This document shows, piece after piece, positions 8,177-16,959 of a stretch of 59,649 nucleotides of DNA. Numbering within the stretch: position 1 is the first letter of the stretch; each line of letters starts with the position of its first letter. The notes below the pieces were generated by a model. It made no database searches and was not told the DNA's origin. It saw nothing but the letters and a program-made list of their open reading frames with translations. This DNA comes from a virus (taxonomy: Duplodnaviria; Caudoviricetes). A program made the position numbers and the translations under genes. The DNA lies in the IMG/VR virus record IMGVR_UViG_3300034280_000211, positions 1 through 59,649 of that record, one strand, 5' to 3'.

Positions 8177-8347
8177 ATGGCTGCTCGCAAGTGGGCCAAG
8201 TGCTGCGAGTGCGGCGGCGAAGTGTGGTTCGATGCGTGGGCCGACCTGGAGGGAGACATTGCCGGCGGCCCGTTTGACAACAACCGATGTTCAGAATGCG
8301 ACGAGGAGGATGTTGACTATGACGAAGTCGAAGACGACGACGAGTGA
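8177..8347 (+). CDS. Small acidic Zn-ribbon protein
   Basis: CCEC...CSEC and an acidic tail. Confidence 0.55.
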   Translation: MAARKWAKCCECGGEVWFDAWADLEGDIAGGPFDNNRCSECDEEDVDYDEVEDDDE

Positions 8348-8549
8348 GCGTGTGATCGTCCATGTTTCTGGCGGCATCGCGTCTTGCGTGTCCGATCCCG
8401 GCGTGGATTGTCTGGTGCTGGACTGGGATGCAATGTGTGACGGCAATGCACCGCCGACGATGGAGGATGTCCGCGAGTGGCGTGACCAGTATCGCGGCCT
8501 GTTGGACGGCCAAGAGGTGGATCGATTGGAAATCCTTGCAGGAGAATGA
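8319..8549 (+). CDS. Small early protein
   Basis: VIVHVSGG...D.D pattern; start uncertain. Confidence 0.55.
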   Translation: MTKSKTTTSERVIVHVSGGIASCVSDPGVDCLVLDWDAMCDGNAPPTMEDVREWRDQYRGLLDGQEVDRLEILAGE

Positions 8550-8550
8550 C

Positions 8551-8736
8551 ATGACCGCACATGACTGCATCGCCTGCGAGCGGCTGCTGCTGCGGGCGAA
8601 AGAGTTGATTGATGAGGCTCTGTGGCAGCACATCTATGACGAGAGCAACGGCGAGCGACCGGATAAGAACTGCGAGTACTCGCAGTGGCTGAATGACTGT
8701 GATCGATTCCTATTAGGCGAGGAGGCTACGACATGA
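8551..8736 (+). CDS. Small early protein
   Basis: TGACATG coupling. Confidence 0.6.
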   Translation: MTAHDCIACERLLLRAKELIDEALWQHIYDESNGERPDKNCEYSQWLNDCDRFLLGEEATT

Positions 8737-8945
8737 GCTTTCGACCGATGGTGAAGGTGGGCAATGAGTGGGCTGGCAACGGCATTCGGTTTGCCACCCG
8801 TGAGGAGGCCGAGGCTTCGGCCCGTGATCTGTACGGACGGTGGACGCTGTGTGTGGATCACCGGGCAGATGAGTCCGATGACCCGGTAAACTGTGAGTGG
8901 GATTCGTCCCGTGGCAATGTGCATTTGGAGGTGGTTAATGCGTGA
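8733..8945 (+). CDS. Conserved phage hypothetical protein
   Basis: WAGN..RFATREEAE...W motif; ATGA overlap. Confidence 0.7.
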   Translation: MSFRPMVKVGNEWAGNGIRFATREEAEASARDLYGRWTLCVDHRADESDDPVNCEWDSSRGNVHLEVVNA

Positions 8946-9177
8946 CATGACCAACGATGACCGTGCCGATTTGGCGCGCACTGCCTGCGAGGATTTCTCT
9001 GAGTCCACAGGGCAGTCGATGGAAAACGAGTTGGGCAACATCCTCACAGACCTCATGGCTGACCTTCTGCACTTGGCAAACCGGGACGGATTGTGTGCCG
9101 ACAGTTTAGTGCGGCGGGCAACCATGCATTACGAGGCCGAGATAACCGAAGAGGAGGAATGCGATGCCATCGATTGA
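8938..9177 (+). CDS. Conserved phage hypothetical protein
   Basis: N..RA...DL.ADL.H pattern; GGAGG SD. Confidence 0.7.
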   Translation: MRDMTNDDRADLARTACEDFSESTGQSMENELGNILTDLMADLLHLANRDGLCADSLVRRATMHYEAEITEEEECDAID

Positions 9178-9382
9178 ACTGGCTGCGGCTGATTGGTCTG
9201 CGATATGGGATGCGCTGGACTACGCATCCGAGGATGTTGGCTATGACCTATACGACACCCGGCACGGCGATTTCTACGATGCCGAGGAACGGAAAGCCCG
9301 AGAAGACAAGCAGGCCAACTGGGACCGGCTTGCCAAGTTGATTGCACCGCTCGCGAAGGAGACTACCAATGCCAACGATTGA
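9164..9382 (+). CDS. Small early protein
   Basis: SD present, overlapping start. Confidence 0.6.
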   Translation: MPSIELAAADWSAIWDALDYASEDVGYDLYDTRHGDFYDAEERKAREDKQANWDRLAKLIAPLAKETTNAND

Positions 9383-9554
9383 ACTGACCGACGAGCAGGC
9401 CGAGGAGTTGCGGGATGTGCTGCAACGGGAGATCGATGGCGTCAGCGAATCCATCAGCGACGATCTGCTGCGCCTCATCGAACCCGACTACATCGAACGC
9501 ACGCACCGCAAGTCCGTCCTGTCCGACATCCTTCACCTACTGGAGATTGCGTGA
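9369..9554 (+). CDS. Small early protein
   Basis: AAGGAG SD. Confidence 0.6.
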   Translation: MPTIELTDEQAEELRDVLQREIDGVSESISDDLLRLIEPDYIERTHRKSVLSDILHLLEIA

Positions 9555-9805
9555 TGACTGACCTAACCGTGATCGACAAGGGCAACCACTGCGAGATTCA
9601 CCAGGGAGATGCGATTGCCGCTGACTATGTGGCGAGCGTGCGTCTGGCCAAACTGTTTGCCGCTGCCCCGGAGTTGCTGTACCAACTGAAGCAAGCCGTC
9701 GCCCTAATCGTTGAGAAAGACTTGTTCGATTGGGAGGATGCCACTAGCGGCAACAGTTTCCAGGACATGGAAGACGCAATCCGAAGAGCGGAAGGTAGGG
9801 AGTAA
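9551..9805 (+). CDS. Phage protein with AAAPELL motif
   Basis: A.L.AAAPELL..L motif typical of early phage genes. Confidence 0.65.
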   Translation: MMTDLTVIDKGNHCEIHQGDAIAADYVASVRLAKLFAAAPELLYQLKQAVALIVEKDLFDWEDATSGNSFQDMEDAIRRAEGRE

Positions 9806-9820
9806 CCATGGAGGGAACGA

Positions 9821-9958
9821 ATGGCAAGGAGCGATCATTGGACTGACGATCACGTAGACAAGGCCATCCGCCTGCTTGTGCTGGCGGAGGCCGCTGTGAA
9901 GGACACCGAGCCTGACCTGTACCAACAGATCAGGCTTTTTCTTTTGGAGGAAGCATGA
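9821..9958 (+). CDS. Small early protein (45 aa)
   Basis: GGAGG SD; ATGA overlap with the next gene. Confidence 0.55.
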   Translation: MARSDHWTDDHVDKAIRLLVLAEAAVKDTEPDLYQQIRLFLLEEA

Positions 9959-10164
9959 TCCAAGAGTTCGACGGGACCACCGAGCAGTTCGCCCGCCTTG
10001 TGCGGGAGATGTTCCCCAACTGCCGTATCTGCGAGGACGATGAGGGGCAGCTTGTCATCTACACCGGGGCCGCTATTCAAATGGGCGGTGAGGTTGTATC
10101 ATGGTTGCCTGATGATGAGGATGTGTACCAATCTTGGTGCGATAGAAACCCGGAGGTGATGTGA
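9955..10164 (+). CDS. Small early protein
   Basis: GGAGG SD, coupled. Confidence 0.6.
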   Translation: MIQEFDGTTEQFARLVREMFPNCRICEDDEGQLVIYTGAAIQMGGEVVSWLPDDEDVYQSWCDRNPEVM

Positions 10165-10400
10165 TGGCTAAGAAACGCGCAAGGAAAATCACCGCAGAGG
10201 CGTTCATTGACGCCGTCATGCGGCATCGGGACGGGATGATTCAGGACATTGCCGATGAGCTGGGTGTCACCCAGCAGGCAGTGAGCAAACGACTGCGTGA
10301 GTACAAGGAACGCGGAGTCACGGGGCTCCCCGTATTCAACGGCCGGGTGGTGGATGTGGATGACGTTCAGAAGATGGTCAATAAATACAGGGGGAAGTGA
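10161..10400 (+). CDS. HTH DNA-binding protein
   Basis: IQDIADELGVTQQAVSKRL helix-turn-helix. Confidence 0.8.
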   Translation: MMAKKRARKITAEAFIDAVMRHRDGMIQDIADELGVTQQAVSKRLREYKERGVTGLPVFNGRVVDVDDVQKMVNKYRGK

Positions 10401-10762
10401 TGACAGATATCGAAGTGATCCAGTGGTTCTTTGACTTGGAGAAGGTGTCGCAGGGTTTCAACTGGCCGGTCAATGCGGCGGGCCTTGCTCATACCAAGCG
10501 GTGCCTGGATTCCCTGGTTGCTGGTAAGGCTCACGCTGCCGATGTGCTTGCAGCATACAAGGAGTTCGCCGGCACTATCGGGCCTTCAGGCATGAACCTT
10601 CTCTTGCAATCCGATGATGCCTTTCCCGAGGTCAATCATTCCGGCAAGCCCACTCCGCCCGCTCCTGGTGCGGTGGTGTTGTACGTTGCGCCGGACGGTA
10701 AGTGTGTGGTGGCCACGCCGACCAACGTGTGGGGGGCGGCACCGGAGTTGTCTGTTCGATAA
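10397..10762 (+). CDS. Hypothetical protein
   Basis: Coupled 121-aa ORF. Confidence 0.6.
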   Translation: MMTDIEVIQWFFDLEKVSQGFNWPVNAAGLAHTKRCLDSLVAGKAHAADVLAAYKEFAGTIGPSGMNLLLQSDDAFPEVNHSGKPTPPAPGAVVLYVAPDGKCVVATPTNVWGAAPELSVR

Positions 10763-10771
10763 GGAGTCTAC

Positions 10772-10882
10772 ATGTACAAGGATGTACTGATTCTCATGCA
10801 TGTCATGGCGACATGCATCCTCTTGCTGCTTGCGGTGCAGCTAAAGGAGATCCTGATCCGTATACTATTGGAGGTCCGATGA
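10772..10882 (+). CDS. Small membrane peptide (36 aa)
   Basis: AAGGAG SD; hydrophobic. Confidence 0.45.
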   Translation: MYKDVLILMHVMATCILLLLAVQLKEILIRILLEVR

Positions 10883-10949
10883 GCGAGATGGCTGACTTCT
10901 GCGTTGGTTCCCTGGTTGTCCTTGCCTTCCTCTGGTGGAGTTCCCTTGC

Positions 10950-11708
10950 ATGAAACTGTATCTCTATGGCCGTGTCTCAACGGATGATCAGCAGACATCG
11001 GCTGATGCTCAGTCGGTCAGGCTGCGTGAGTTCGCTGAGAAGTCCGGCCTGGAGATTGGCGGTGTGTTCGTGGACGAGGATGTCTCTGGCAAGATCCCCC
11101 TCCAAGAGCGACCCAAGGGGAAGGAGTTGTGGAATCTCATCCAACCTGGGGATGCCATCGCATTCACCAAGGTGGATAGATGTTTCCGATCCTTGGTAGA
11201 TGCCGCCTCCACCCTGGAGAAGTGGAAGACTCTCGGCATCCGGGTCCATATCCTGGACTTGGGGATCGATGTGAACACGCCGGCTGGAGAGTTGTTCTTC
11301 TCCCAACTGGCAGCCTTCGCTCAGTTTGAGCGGGCCATGATCGGCCTGCGCGTGCGTGAGGCCCAGGCCCACAAGCGGCGCACCGGCAAGCCCTACAACA
11401 AAACCCGCCCTATCGGCTGGCGCAGGCAGGGTGACTGCTATGTGCCCCTGCATTCCGAGCGGAGGCTAGCCGAGCGTGTCATCGCTTACCGCGACCGTGG
11501 CGAGTCGCTGCCCCGGATTGCTTTGCGTCTGTGCAAGGAGAACATCCGGAGCGCTGACGGCTCTTGGCTTCGCCCTTCCCATGTCCGGCGGCTGGAGATC
11601 GCGGCGCGAGCCGGATATCCAAGGATTGCGAGACGGTCCTTGCAAGCCTCTGCGCAGACATGCTCGCCACACGGATCGGGATCTGATGTTCCTCCGACAG
11701 AGACCTGA
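10950..11708 (+). CDS. Serine recombinase (resolvase/invertase family)
   Basis: YGRVSTDDQ catalytic motif, D.DVSG, RP, KVDR.FRS, A.FER and a C-terminal HTH. Confidence 0.92.
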   Translation: MKLYLYGRVSTDDQQTSADAQSVRLREFAEKSGLEIGGVFVDEDVSGKIPLQERPKGKELWNLIQPGDAIAFTKVDRCFRSLVDAASTLEKWKTLGIRVHILDLGIDVNTPAGELFFSQLAAFAQFERAMIGLRVREAQAHKRRTGKPYNKTRPIGWRRQGDCYVPLHSERRLAERVIAYRDRGESLPRIALRLCKENIRSADGSWLRPSHVRRLEIAARAGYPRIARRSLQASAQTCSPHGSGSDVPPTET

Positions 11709-12123
11709 GCGTCATGCCGTGCATGAAGCGGTTGAACGCCATCTCCTGGTCGTCCTCTGGCAACTCTTCAATCGCCAGCCGCAGGTGATCTAGCTCGTCG
11801 TATTCCGGCATGCGGTCAGCAGCGTCAGCCAGTGAGATGCGGTTCTCTCTCGGCGTGCGGGTCGCCTTCTTAATGAATTTCAACATGCCATTGAGGATGG
11901 CCCGAGCGAAGTAGGCTTTCGGATACGGGAGTCTCTTGGGATCGTACGTCCGTGCAGCCTTCGATAGGGCGAGGAACCCCTCCCCTTCCAGGTCGTCAAC
12001 GTACAGCGACCGCTGCCATTGCGGGCGGTTCTGTACGAAGTACCTCGCCAACATGTGGACGAGGTCCAGGTAATCAGTGACCAGGCGCTGCTTTGTCTTT
12101 GAGAGTTTTGATCTCTTGCTCAT
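11479..12123 (-). CDS. Sigma-70 family RNA polymerase sigma factor
   Basis: Region 2 (LV..LA, DDL..EG.LAL.KAA..YDP, Y..RAI) and region 4 (L..AI..LP, G.TL...S) motifs. Confidence 0.85.
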   Translation of the reverse strand: MSKRSKLSKTKQRLVTDYLDLVHMLARYFVQNRPQWQRSLYVDDLEGEGFLALSKAARTYDPKRLPYPKAYFARAILNGMLKFIKKATRTPRENRISLADAADRMPEYDELDHLRLAIEELPEDDQEMAFNRFMHGMTLRSLSEEHQIPIRVASMSAQRLARTVSQSLDIRLAPRSPAAGHGKGEAKSRQRSGCSPCTDAKQSGAATRHGRGKR

Positions 12124-12304
12124 GCATTTCCAGCCGAGCCTCATGGTCGGCCAGTGTTTCTTTCAGTTCTTCAAACATCTCAGGCATGCGTTGCACCGTG
12201 TCGGCAATCACCGCCACCTTGGCGTGGATTGAAAACGCCCACGGAATCACGGCCGCACAGGCCGAAATCACAAGCATCCAGAATTCTGCGTCAACGCTCA
12301 TCAT
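12074..12304 (-). CDS. Single-TM coiled-coil protein, holin-like
   Basis: N-terminal TM then a coiled coil. Confidence 0.6.
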   Translation of the reverse strand: MMSVDAEFWMLVISACAAVIPWAFSIHAKVAVIADTVQRMPEMFEELKETLADHEARLEMHEQEIKTLKDKAAPGH

Positions 12305-12510
12305 GTCATCCCCATTAGCACCATGCCCGCGTACGGATGTAGTTGGCCTTCCAGTACATGCAGTCTGATGATCTCCATCGCATCGGGGGTTTCTTCATCG
12401 GGGAACTGGTAGATGTGGGTGTGTCCGTTGTATTTCACGATGAGCCGAGTGAACTGGACGCCTCGCTCTTCAGCCTGCGGATCTCGCCAGCGTTTCTTTT
12501 GGATATCCAC
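12301..12510 (-). CDS. Hypothetical protein
   Basis: Coupled ORF; start uncertain. Confidence 0.5.
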   Translation of the reverse strand: MDIQKKRWRDPQAEERGVQFTRLIVKYNGHTHIYQFPDEETPDAMEIIRLHVLEGQLHPYAGMVLMGMT

Positions 12511-12749
12511 TTCAGTATCCAGTGAGAGATGAGGTTCGCGATAATGGGGAGAACGAAGAGAAGGAACACCGACCCGCATTCTGGGTTGAGCCTGCGGTAT
12601 TCGGTGCGGATGCGAGACCGATACTCTTGCAGTGATGCCTCCTCATCCCAGACGACGATAGCCACCAGAGCCACATCCGTGGCACGGCTACTGAGCCTTC
12701 TCGTCTTGGTGTATCGGACTGCTTCATCGGCTACTTCTTGGGCGCGCAC
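12435..12749 (-). CDS. Membrane protein
   Basis: TM segment VFLLFVLPIIANLISHWIL. Confidence 0.6.
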   Translation of the reverse strand: MRAQEVADEAVRYTKTRRLSSRATDVALVAIVVWDEEASLQEYRSRIRTEYRRLNPECGSVFLLFVLPIIANLISHWILKWISKRNAGEIRRLKSEASSSLGSS

Positions 12750-12979
12750 TGGCCACCTTCGCATCCCTTCGCCTTGCACTTGCAAGTATCTGGACATGGA
12801 CACTTCGTCTTGTGTCCATCACCGTGCGTGATCACGCCGGCCTTGCATTGGCCGCAGCATTCCTTCACCAGCACCGGCGCCTTCTGTGTGGCGATCACGT
12901 ACGCTGCCTCCGCCGCGACGGGCCCGGTGTAGTCGGGCGTTCCCCAGAACGACGCGAGAATGAGGAACAACTTACTCAT
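12731..12979 (-). CDS. Secreted Cys-rich small protein
   Basis: Signal-like N-terminus; CC..C..G...HGDGH...CPC...C.C. Confidence 0.7.
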   Translation of the reverse strand: MSKLFLILASFWGTPDYTGPVAAEAAYVIATQKAPVLVKECCGQCKAGVITHGDGHKTKCPCPDTCKCKAKGCEGGQCAPKK

Positions 12980-13922
12980 TGCGGAGGAGTCCTATCGCGC
13001 CGAAGTCGGGCAGCTTCTGGGGTGGGTAGCCCTGCACATCCGAATACAGCCAGCAATCCTCTGAGTCGATGCACACCTGGAAGTCTTCGTCCTTCACCAC
13101 GATCATGCCGGGAACCCAAGGCGGGTAGTCTGCCGGCCAGTCCTTGGGACGCTGGTTCCACTGTCCCCACTCCTGCATGAGGAACCAGACGCGGAAGGGC
13201 CAGAACGATTTCGTATCGTCATAGCCACCGATGGCCATGTCATGGTTCCAGCCTGGGGAGATGCGGTTGTAGTAGTGCTGGCTGTTCGGTTCGGCCGCCC
13301 ACGCTGCGTACTGACCCGAGTGTGCGGCGTACCCGTTGATCATCGCGTCCATGAGGTCGGCCTGTGACCGGACGAGCGTGATGGTGCCGACGTTCCGCTC
13401 CTTGCACTTCTCTTTCACATCGTTCGGGACACCAGTCCTGCCCCATCCGATGCCGACTGACGAGTACTTCGTCAGGTTCACCACGCCGTGATCTTCTCGC
13501 GAGAGGTAGCCGAAGTCCCTCTCAAACCTGGACGCCTTGGCTGGGCTCATGCCCTGCCCGCCATGGCCACGCGCCCCGTACGTTGGCTCCAGTGCGCCGC
13601 GCTTGTAGAAGTCGTGCGGCTCGCCATGCACCAGAATGCGGGTTGCCCTGGTCATGTCCCTCGCATTGCGAGAACCATGGGCTACGCAATCTCCAGTAAT
13701 TTGATTCTCAGTAAACGCAGTCGGGTCTAGCGTGCGGAGGTAGCCGAAGAGCAACGCACGCTTTCCCTCACCCATTCCACGGATGTTGGGCTCATTGAAG
13801 TACTGGTACTTCTGCGTCTCCAGAAACTCAATGCGGCCACGCGGGTCAGCGAAGTACCCGGGCAGCCCACCATTCTGGTAGGCATTCAGGATTTCGTACG
13901 GCGTTTCAAAGTCTTCAGCCAC
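12972..13922 (-). CDS. Papain-like (C1) cysteine peptidase
   Basis: Q..GDCVAHG (Gln/Cys), NHDMAIGGYDD (His), WFLMQEWG. Confidence 0.78.
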   Translation of the reverse strand: MAEDFETPYEILNAYQNGGLPGYFADPRGRIEFLETQKYQYFNEPNIRGMGEGKRALLFGYLRTLDPTAFTENQITGDCVAHGSRNARDMTRATRILVHGEPHDFYKRGALEPTYGARGHGGQGMSPAKASRFERDFGYLSREDHGVVNLTKYSSVGIGWGRTGVPNDVKEKCKERNVGTITLVRSQADLMDAMINGYAAHSGQYAAWAAEPNSQHYYNRISPGWNHDMAIGGYDDTKSFWPFRVWFLMQEWGQWNQRPKDWPADYPPWVPGMIVVKDEDFQVCIDSEDCWLYSDVQGYPPQKLPDFGAIGLLRNE

Positions 13923-14334
13923 CGGCTTGCCTCGCGATCTCTAGGCAAGCCTTCTCCAGGTTCCTCCACACTGGCTGGCCTTGCGACTCTGCCGTGAGGG
14001 ACAGGTTGTCCAGGGAGTTCGACTTGGCGAGGACTTCCTCTACCGCCTTGTCTAGTCCTTCGTACTTCCCGACGAAGGGGGATCCGCCCACGGCCAGTCG
14101 GAGTTCGCTACTGTGGATAGCGCGCCACATCGCTGTGGAAACGATCTGGCTACCCCGGTCCCTTGCGGTCACATCGGCTAACGCGCGGTAGATGCCGGCG
14201 ACCCTGGCCCTGTCGGAGGAGGAGGCCGACGCAAGGGCTTTAGTGACGGGACCGGACTCAACGACCGGCCGTGGGGGTAAAAACGTATACGCAACGAATA
14301 GCGCAGCAAAAACAAGCGGGAGGTGTTTCATCAT
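13915..14334 (-). CDS. Membrane-anchored/secreted protein
   Basis: N-terminal hydrophobic segment followed by Pro. Confidence 0.7.
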   Translation of the reverse strand: MMKHLPLVFAALFVAYTFLPPRPVVESGPVTKALASASSSDRARVAGIYRALADVTARDRGSQIVSTAMWRAIHSSELRLAVGGSPFVGKYEGLDKAVEEVLAKSNSLDNLSLTAESQGQPVWRNLEKACLEIARQAGG

Positions 14335-14537
14335 TCCACCCCCAGCAGAACACGCAGGAGAGCATTGCACGCCTGCGTGACTTTCGGATCGGTGTACGCA
14401 TCCCGGATCCTGACCACCTGTTCAATCGGATCCAGGAGTTGCGGCTTCGCAGGGATGATCGCTTTGAATGAGGGGAGGTAGTACCACGCCGTCACTCCCA
14501 GGAATGCGACGATGGCAAGGATCTGATAGGTGGTCAC
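14331..14537 (-). CDS. Small single-TM protein
   Basis: QILAIVAFLGVTAWYYL; GTGA overlap. Confidence 0.65.
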   Translation of the reverse strand: MTTYQILAIVAFLGVTAWYYLPSFKAIIPAKPQLLDPIEQVVRIRDAYTDPKVTQACNALLRVLLGVE

Positions 14538-15463
14538 AGGATTTTGGCTCCGGGGATCCAGATGGTCACGCCATCCTTCGATGAGCGGACTTCGTAGTTC
14601 AGCAGTTTGTGTGGGTCCAACAGACCCCAACCGTAGATGTCGTCACGCCCCTGCTCACCAACATCACGGCATGAGTAGGACAGTGCGGAGGTGGCGGAGT
14701 GGAAGTCCACCTTCATGCCTTCTCTCTTACAGGAGGAGACGTACAGAGCGAGGACGCCAGCGACGAAGGGCGCGGCCATGCTCGTCCCGGAGATCGTGGC
14801 GTAGCCATCAGCCAGCCAAGTGGAGGTGATGTCCTGGCCCGGCGCAGCGACCGTGATCTCTTTCCCACGGGAGGAGAACTCGCAGGCATTCCCATTGCGA
14901 TCCACAGCACCGACTGCAATGGTCTCTTGGAACGCGGCCGGGTAATCCACTGCGCCGCCGTCGTTCCCAGCAGCACAGACGACGACGATCCCATTGGCGT
15001 GCGCCGCCTTTATCGCAGCATGCAACTGGGCGTCCGGTCTCGCAGACCCGAGCGACATGCAGATGATGTCGACCTTGGCTTCCGTGGCGTAGGTCACGGC
15101 TTGGGCTACGGACTCATTCGATCCCATGCCAGAGTGGCCAAGGACTTTCAATGAGAGAAGCGTACAGCCAGGAGCAATCCCCTTGGCTGGGCCCTTCTTC
15201 GCACCGATGATGCCAGCGACATGCGTTCCATGTCCCACCGTATCGTGCTGGTCTGAATCACTGGAGAAGTTCCGGTGATCCTTCACATCCAGCGCGTAGT
15301 GCGGGGCGATGCCCGTGTCTACGACCGCAACCGTGACGCCGTCTCCGCAAGTGCCCTTCCACAGGGAGGGAATGCCGTAGGCGTGGAGACCCCAGTCTAC
15401 TCCTTCGGAGAGCGGCGTCGGTGAAAAGGTAACTCTGTACGGCGGAAGGTGGACGTAGCTCAC
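14534..15463 (-). CDS. Subtilisin-family (S8) serine protease
   Basis: VAVVDTG, GHGTHVAG, AAGN and GTSMAAP catalytic motifs. Confidence 0.95.
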   Translation of the reverse strand: MSYVHLPPYRVTFSPTPLSEGVDWGLHAYGIPSLWKGTCGDGVTVAVVDTGIAPHYALDVKDHRNFSSDSDQHDTVGHGTHVAGIIGAKKGPAKGIAPGCTLLSLKVLGHSGMGSNESVAQAVTYATEAKVDIICMSLGSARPDAQLHAAIKAAHANGIVVVCAAGNDGGAVDYPAAFQETIAVGAVDRNGNACEFSSRGKEITVAAPGQDITSTWLADGYATISGTSMAAPFVAGVLALYVSSCKREGMKVDFHSATSALSYSCRDVGEQGRDDIYGWGLLDPHKLLNYEVRSSKDGVTIWIPGAKIL

Positions 15464-15798
15464 TTCCGCACAAGGGCTTCCAGGATGGCGATGATGATCG
15501 GCAGGATCGTGTCGATCAACAATTTGTAGTCAATGCCCAGTGCCTGGACTTCCGCACCGCAAGCGAGAACTGATACGTCATGGTCTCCGTAATCATGGAG
15601 CGTGTCCCACTCCACGGTCAGGAGCTTGGGGGTCACGGCATCAGCTTCCAGGATGGGGATCACCAGTCGGGCGATCTTGTCCACGATCTCCCACTGGTCG
15701 GAGTACTTGGCATCCTTCCGGAAACCCTTGGAGACATCCACAATCTGAAGCAACACGTTCTTATGCTTCAGCAACCACTGCAAAACTTTGAGATTCAT
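15460..15798 (-). CDS. Hypothetical protein with hydrophobic C-terminus
   Basis: Coupled ORF. Confidence 0.7.
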   Translation of the reverse strand: MNLKVLQWLLKHKNVLLQIVDVSKGFRKDAKYSDQWEIVDKIARLVIPILEADAVTPKLLTVEWDTLHDYGDHDVSVLACGAEVQALGIDYKLLIDTILPIIIAILEALVRK

Positions 15799-16184
15799 TT
15801 CCGCTCCTGGTGGTTAAGGCACGCCAATGCCACCACGGCATGGCCGGCGATATCGATCAGAGTCTCTTTAAGTAAGTGTCCATCGTGCTGGGCCTCGCCC
15901 CGCAGACGCCGGCACTTTTCCCCGATCCTGGCAAGCTGGTAACGCCAGGGTTCGATGCCGTCCCGGGCCACCCCAAGGGCGTTGGAAAGTGGGCCATCGT
16001 CGGGGTTTCCGTAGTACCCGGACTTCCGGAGCATGAGCCGGTGGATGGTGTCGGTGACTTCCTTGTATGGATCGTCACCACTCCATTCCCCGGCTGGCTT
16101 TGACGATCCTCCCGTACTCTGCCCAGAAGGTTTGGTGGTGGTCCGTGTCTTCATCGTTGTCCTCCGTGTCCAGGAGGTGGGCAC
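15795..16184 (-). CDS. Nucleotide modification-associated domain (DUF1599-like) protein
   Basis: K...YG...RI.EK..RL...ETL.D.AG.AV pattern; start uncertain. Confidence 0.6.
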   Translation of the reverse strand: MPTSWTRRTTMKTRTTTKPSGQSTGGSSKPAGEWSGDDPYKEVTDTIHRLMLRKSGYYGNPDDGPLSNALGVARDGIEPWRYQLARIGEKCRRLRGEAQHDGHLLKETLIDIAGHAVVALACLNHQERK

Positions 16185-16431
16185 ACCGCGCGTGGGCCCA
16201 CTCCTCGCAAAACGTATCGATCATTTCGCCGTGGTTCAGGGTGTCCACAACCCCGATGCAACCACGTTCGCAGTCATCATCCATCGTGAAATACCCGAGC
16301 ATTCCGCCATCATCCGTCACCATCTGGTCCCGTCTCCGCATGTACACCCTCACCGGGAACAGGACTGGGAAGCGATCTTCCGCCCAACGTTTGAGCTTTC
16401 GCAGCAATTTCCTTCGCCAGTCCTGGGACAT
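16075..16431 (-). CDS. Hypothetical protein (metallopeptidase-like fold possible)
   Basis: DT..EEWAH and H...F pattern. Confidence 0.55.
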   Translation of the reverse strand: MSQDWRRKLLRKLKRWAEDRFPVLFPVRVYMRRRDQMVTDDGGMLGYFTMDDDCERGCIGVVDTLNHGEMIDTFCEEWAHARCAHLLDTEDNDEDTDHHQTFWAEYGRIVKASRGMEW

Positions 16432-16717
16432 CGTCCAACCTCACAATCGCCAGCCAGGGGCGGTTATTCCTGCGGTGGAGGACAAGTGGGATTTTCCCAC
16501 CGGCATCACGCACCGCCTGATCCATCCAGTCATAGGGGTTACCGCGTTCAACACGCTTCACCTCTAAGTGGATTGCCCCGCAATCGTGAACGACATCCGG
16601 GGAATCCGTTCCGCCCGCAAATTGCTGGCCTCTCCGAGCCTGACAGCCGGTGACCCGAGCCCACTCCTGGGCCCCTTCCCTCTCCCCGCGACAGCCCTTG
16701 GCCCGTCCGTTGGTCAT
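16310..16717 (-). CDS. Holliday junction resolvase (PD-(D/E)XK)
   Basis: KG.RGERE, RRGQQF.G...PDV, HLEVKRVE, QA.RD and HRRN..W motifs. Confidence 0.85.
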   Translation of the reverse strand: MTNGRAKGCRGEREGAQEWARVTGCQARRGQQFAGGTDSPDVVHDCGAIHLEVKRVERGNPYDWMDQAVRDAGGKIPLVLHRRNNRPWLAIVRLDDVPGLAKEIAAKAQTLGGRSLPSPVPGEGVHAETGPDGDG

Positions 16718-16959
16718 GCGCCTACCCTTGCGAGCCGGCCATGGTCATCCCGGGAGGTGACGAGCTTCAGGGTGGGGAACTGTTCCTGGACTAGCTGGAC
16801 GACCTCAGTCTCCCGCCTCTTGTCTAAGACCTTCTCGTTCCTCGCGACCCACAGGCCGATCTCCCCGGCGTACTTAAAGTCCCGGGCGTCACCCAGCGTG
16901 TCCCAGTAGCAGTCGATTCGGTGGACCATAGTCCTGACGTTGCATCCTGCCTGCATCAT
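16714..16959 (-). CDS. Hypothetical protein
   Basis: ATGA coupled at both ends. Confidence 0.55.
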   Translation of the reverse strand: MMQAGCNVRTMVHRIDCYWDTLGDARDFKYAGEIGLWVARNEKVLDKRRETEVVQLVQEQFPTLKLVTSRDDHGRLARVGA

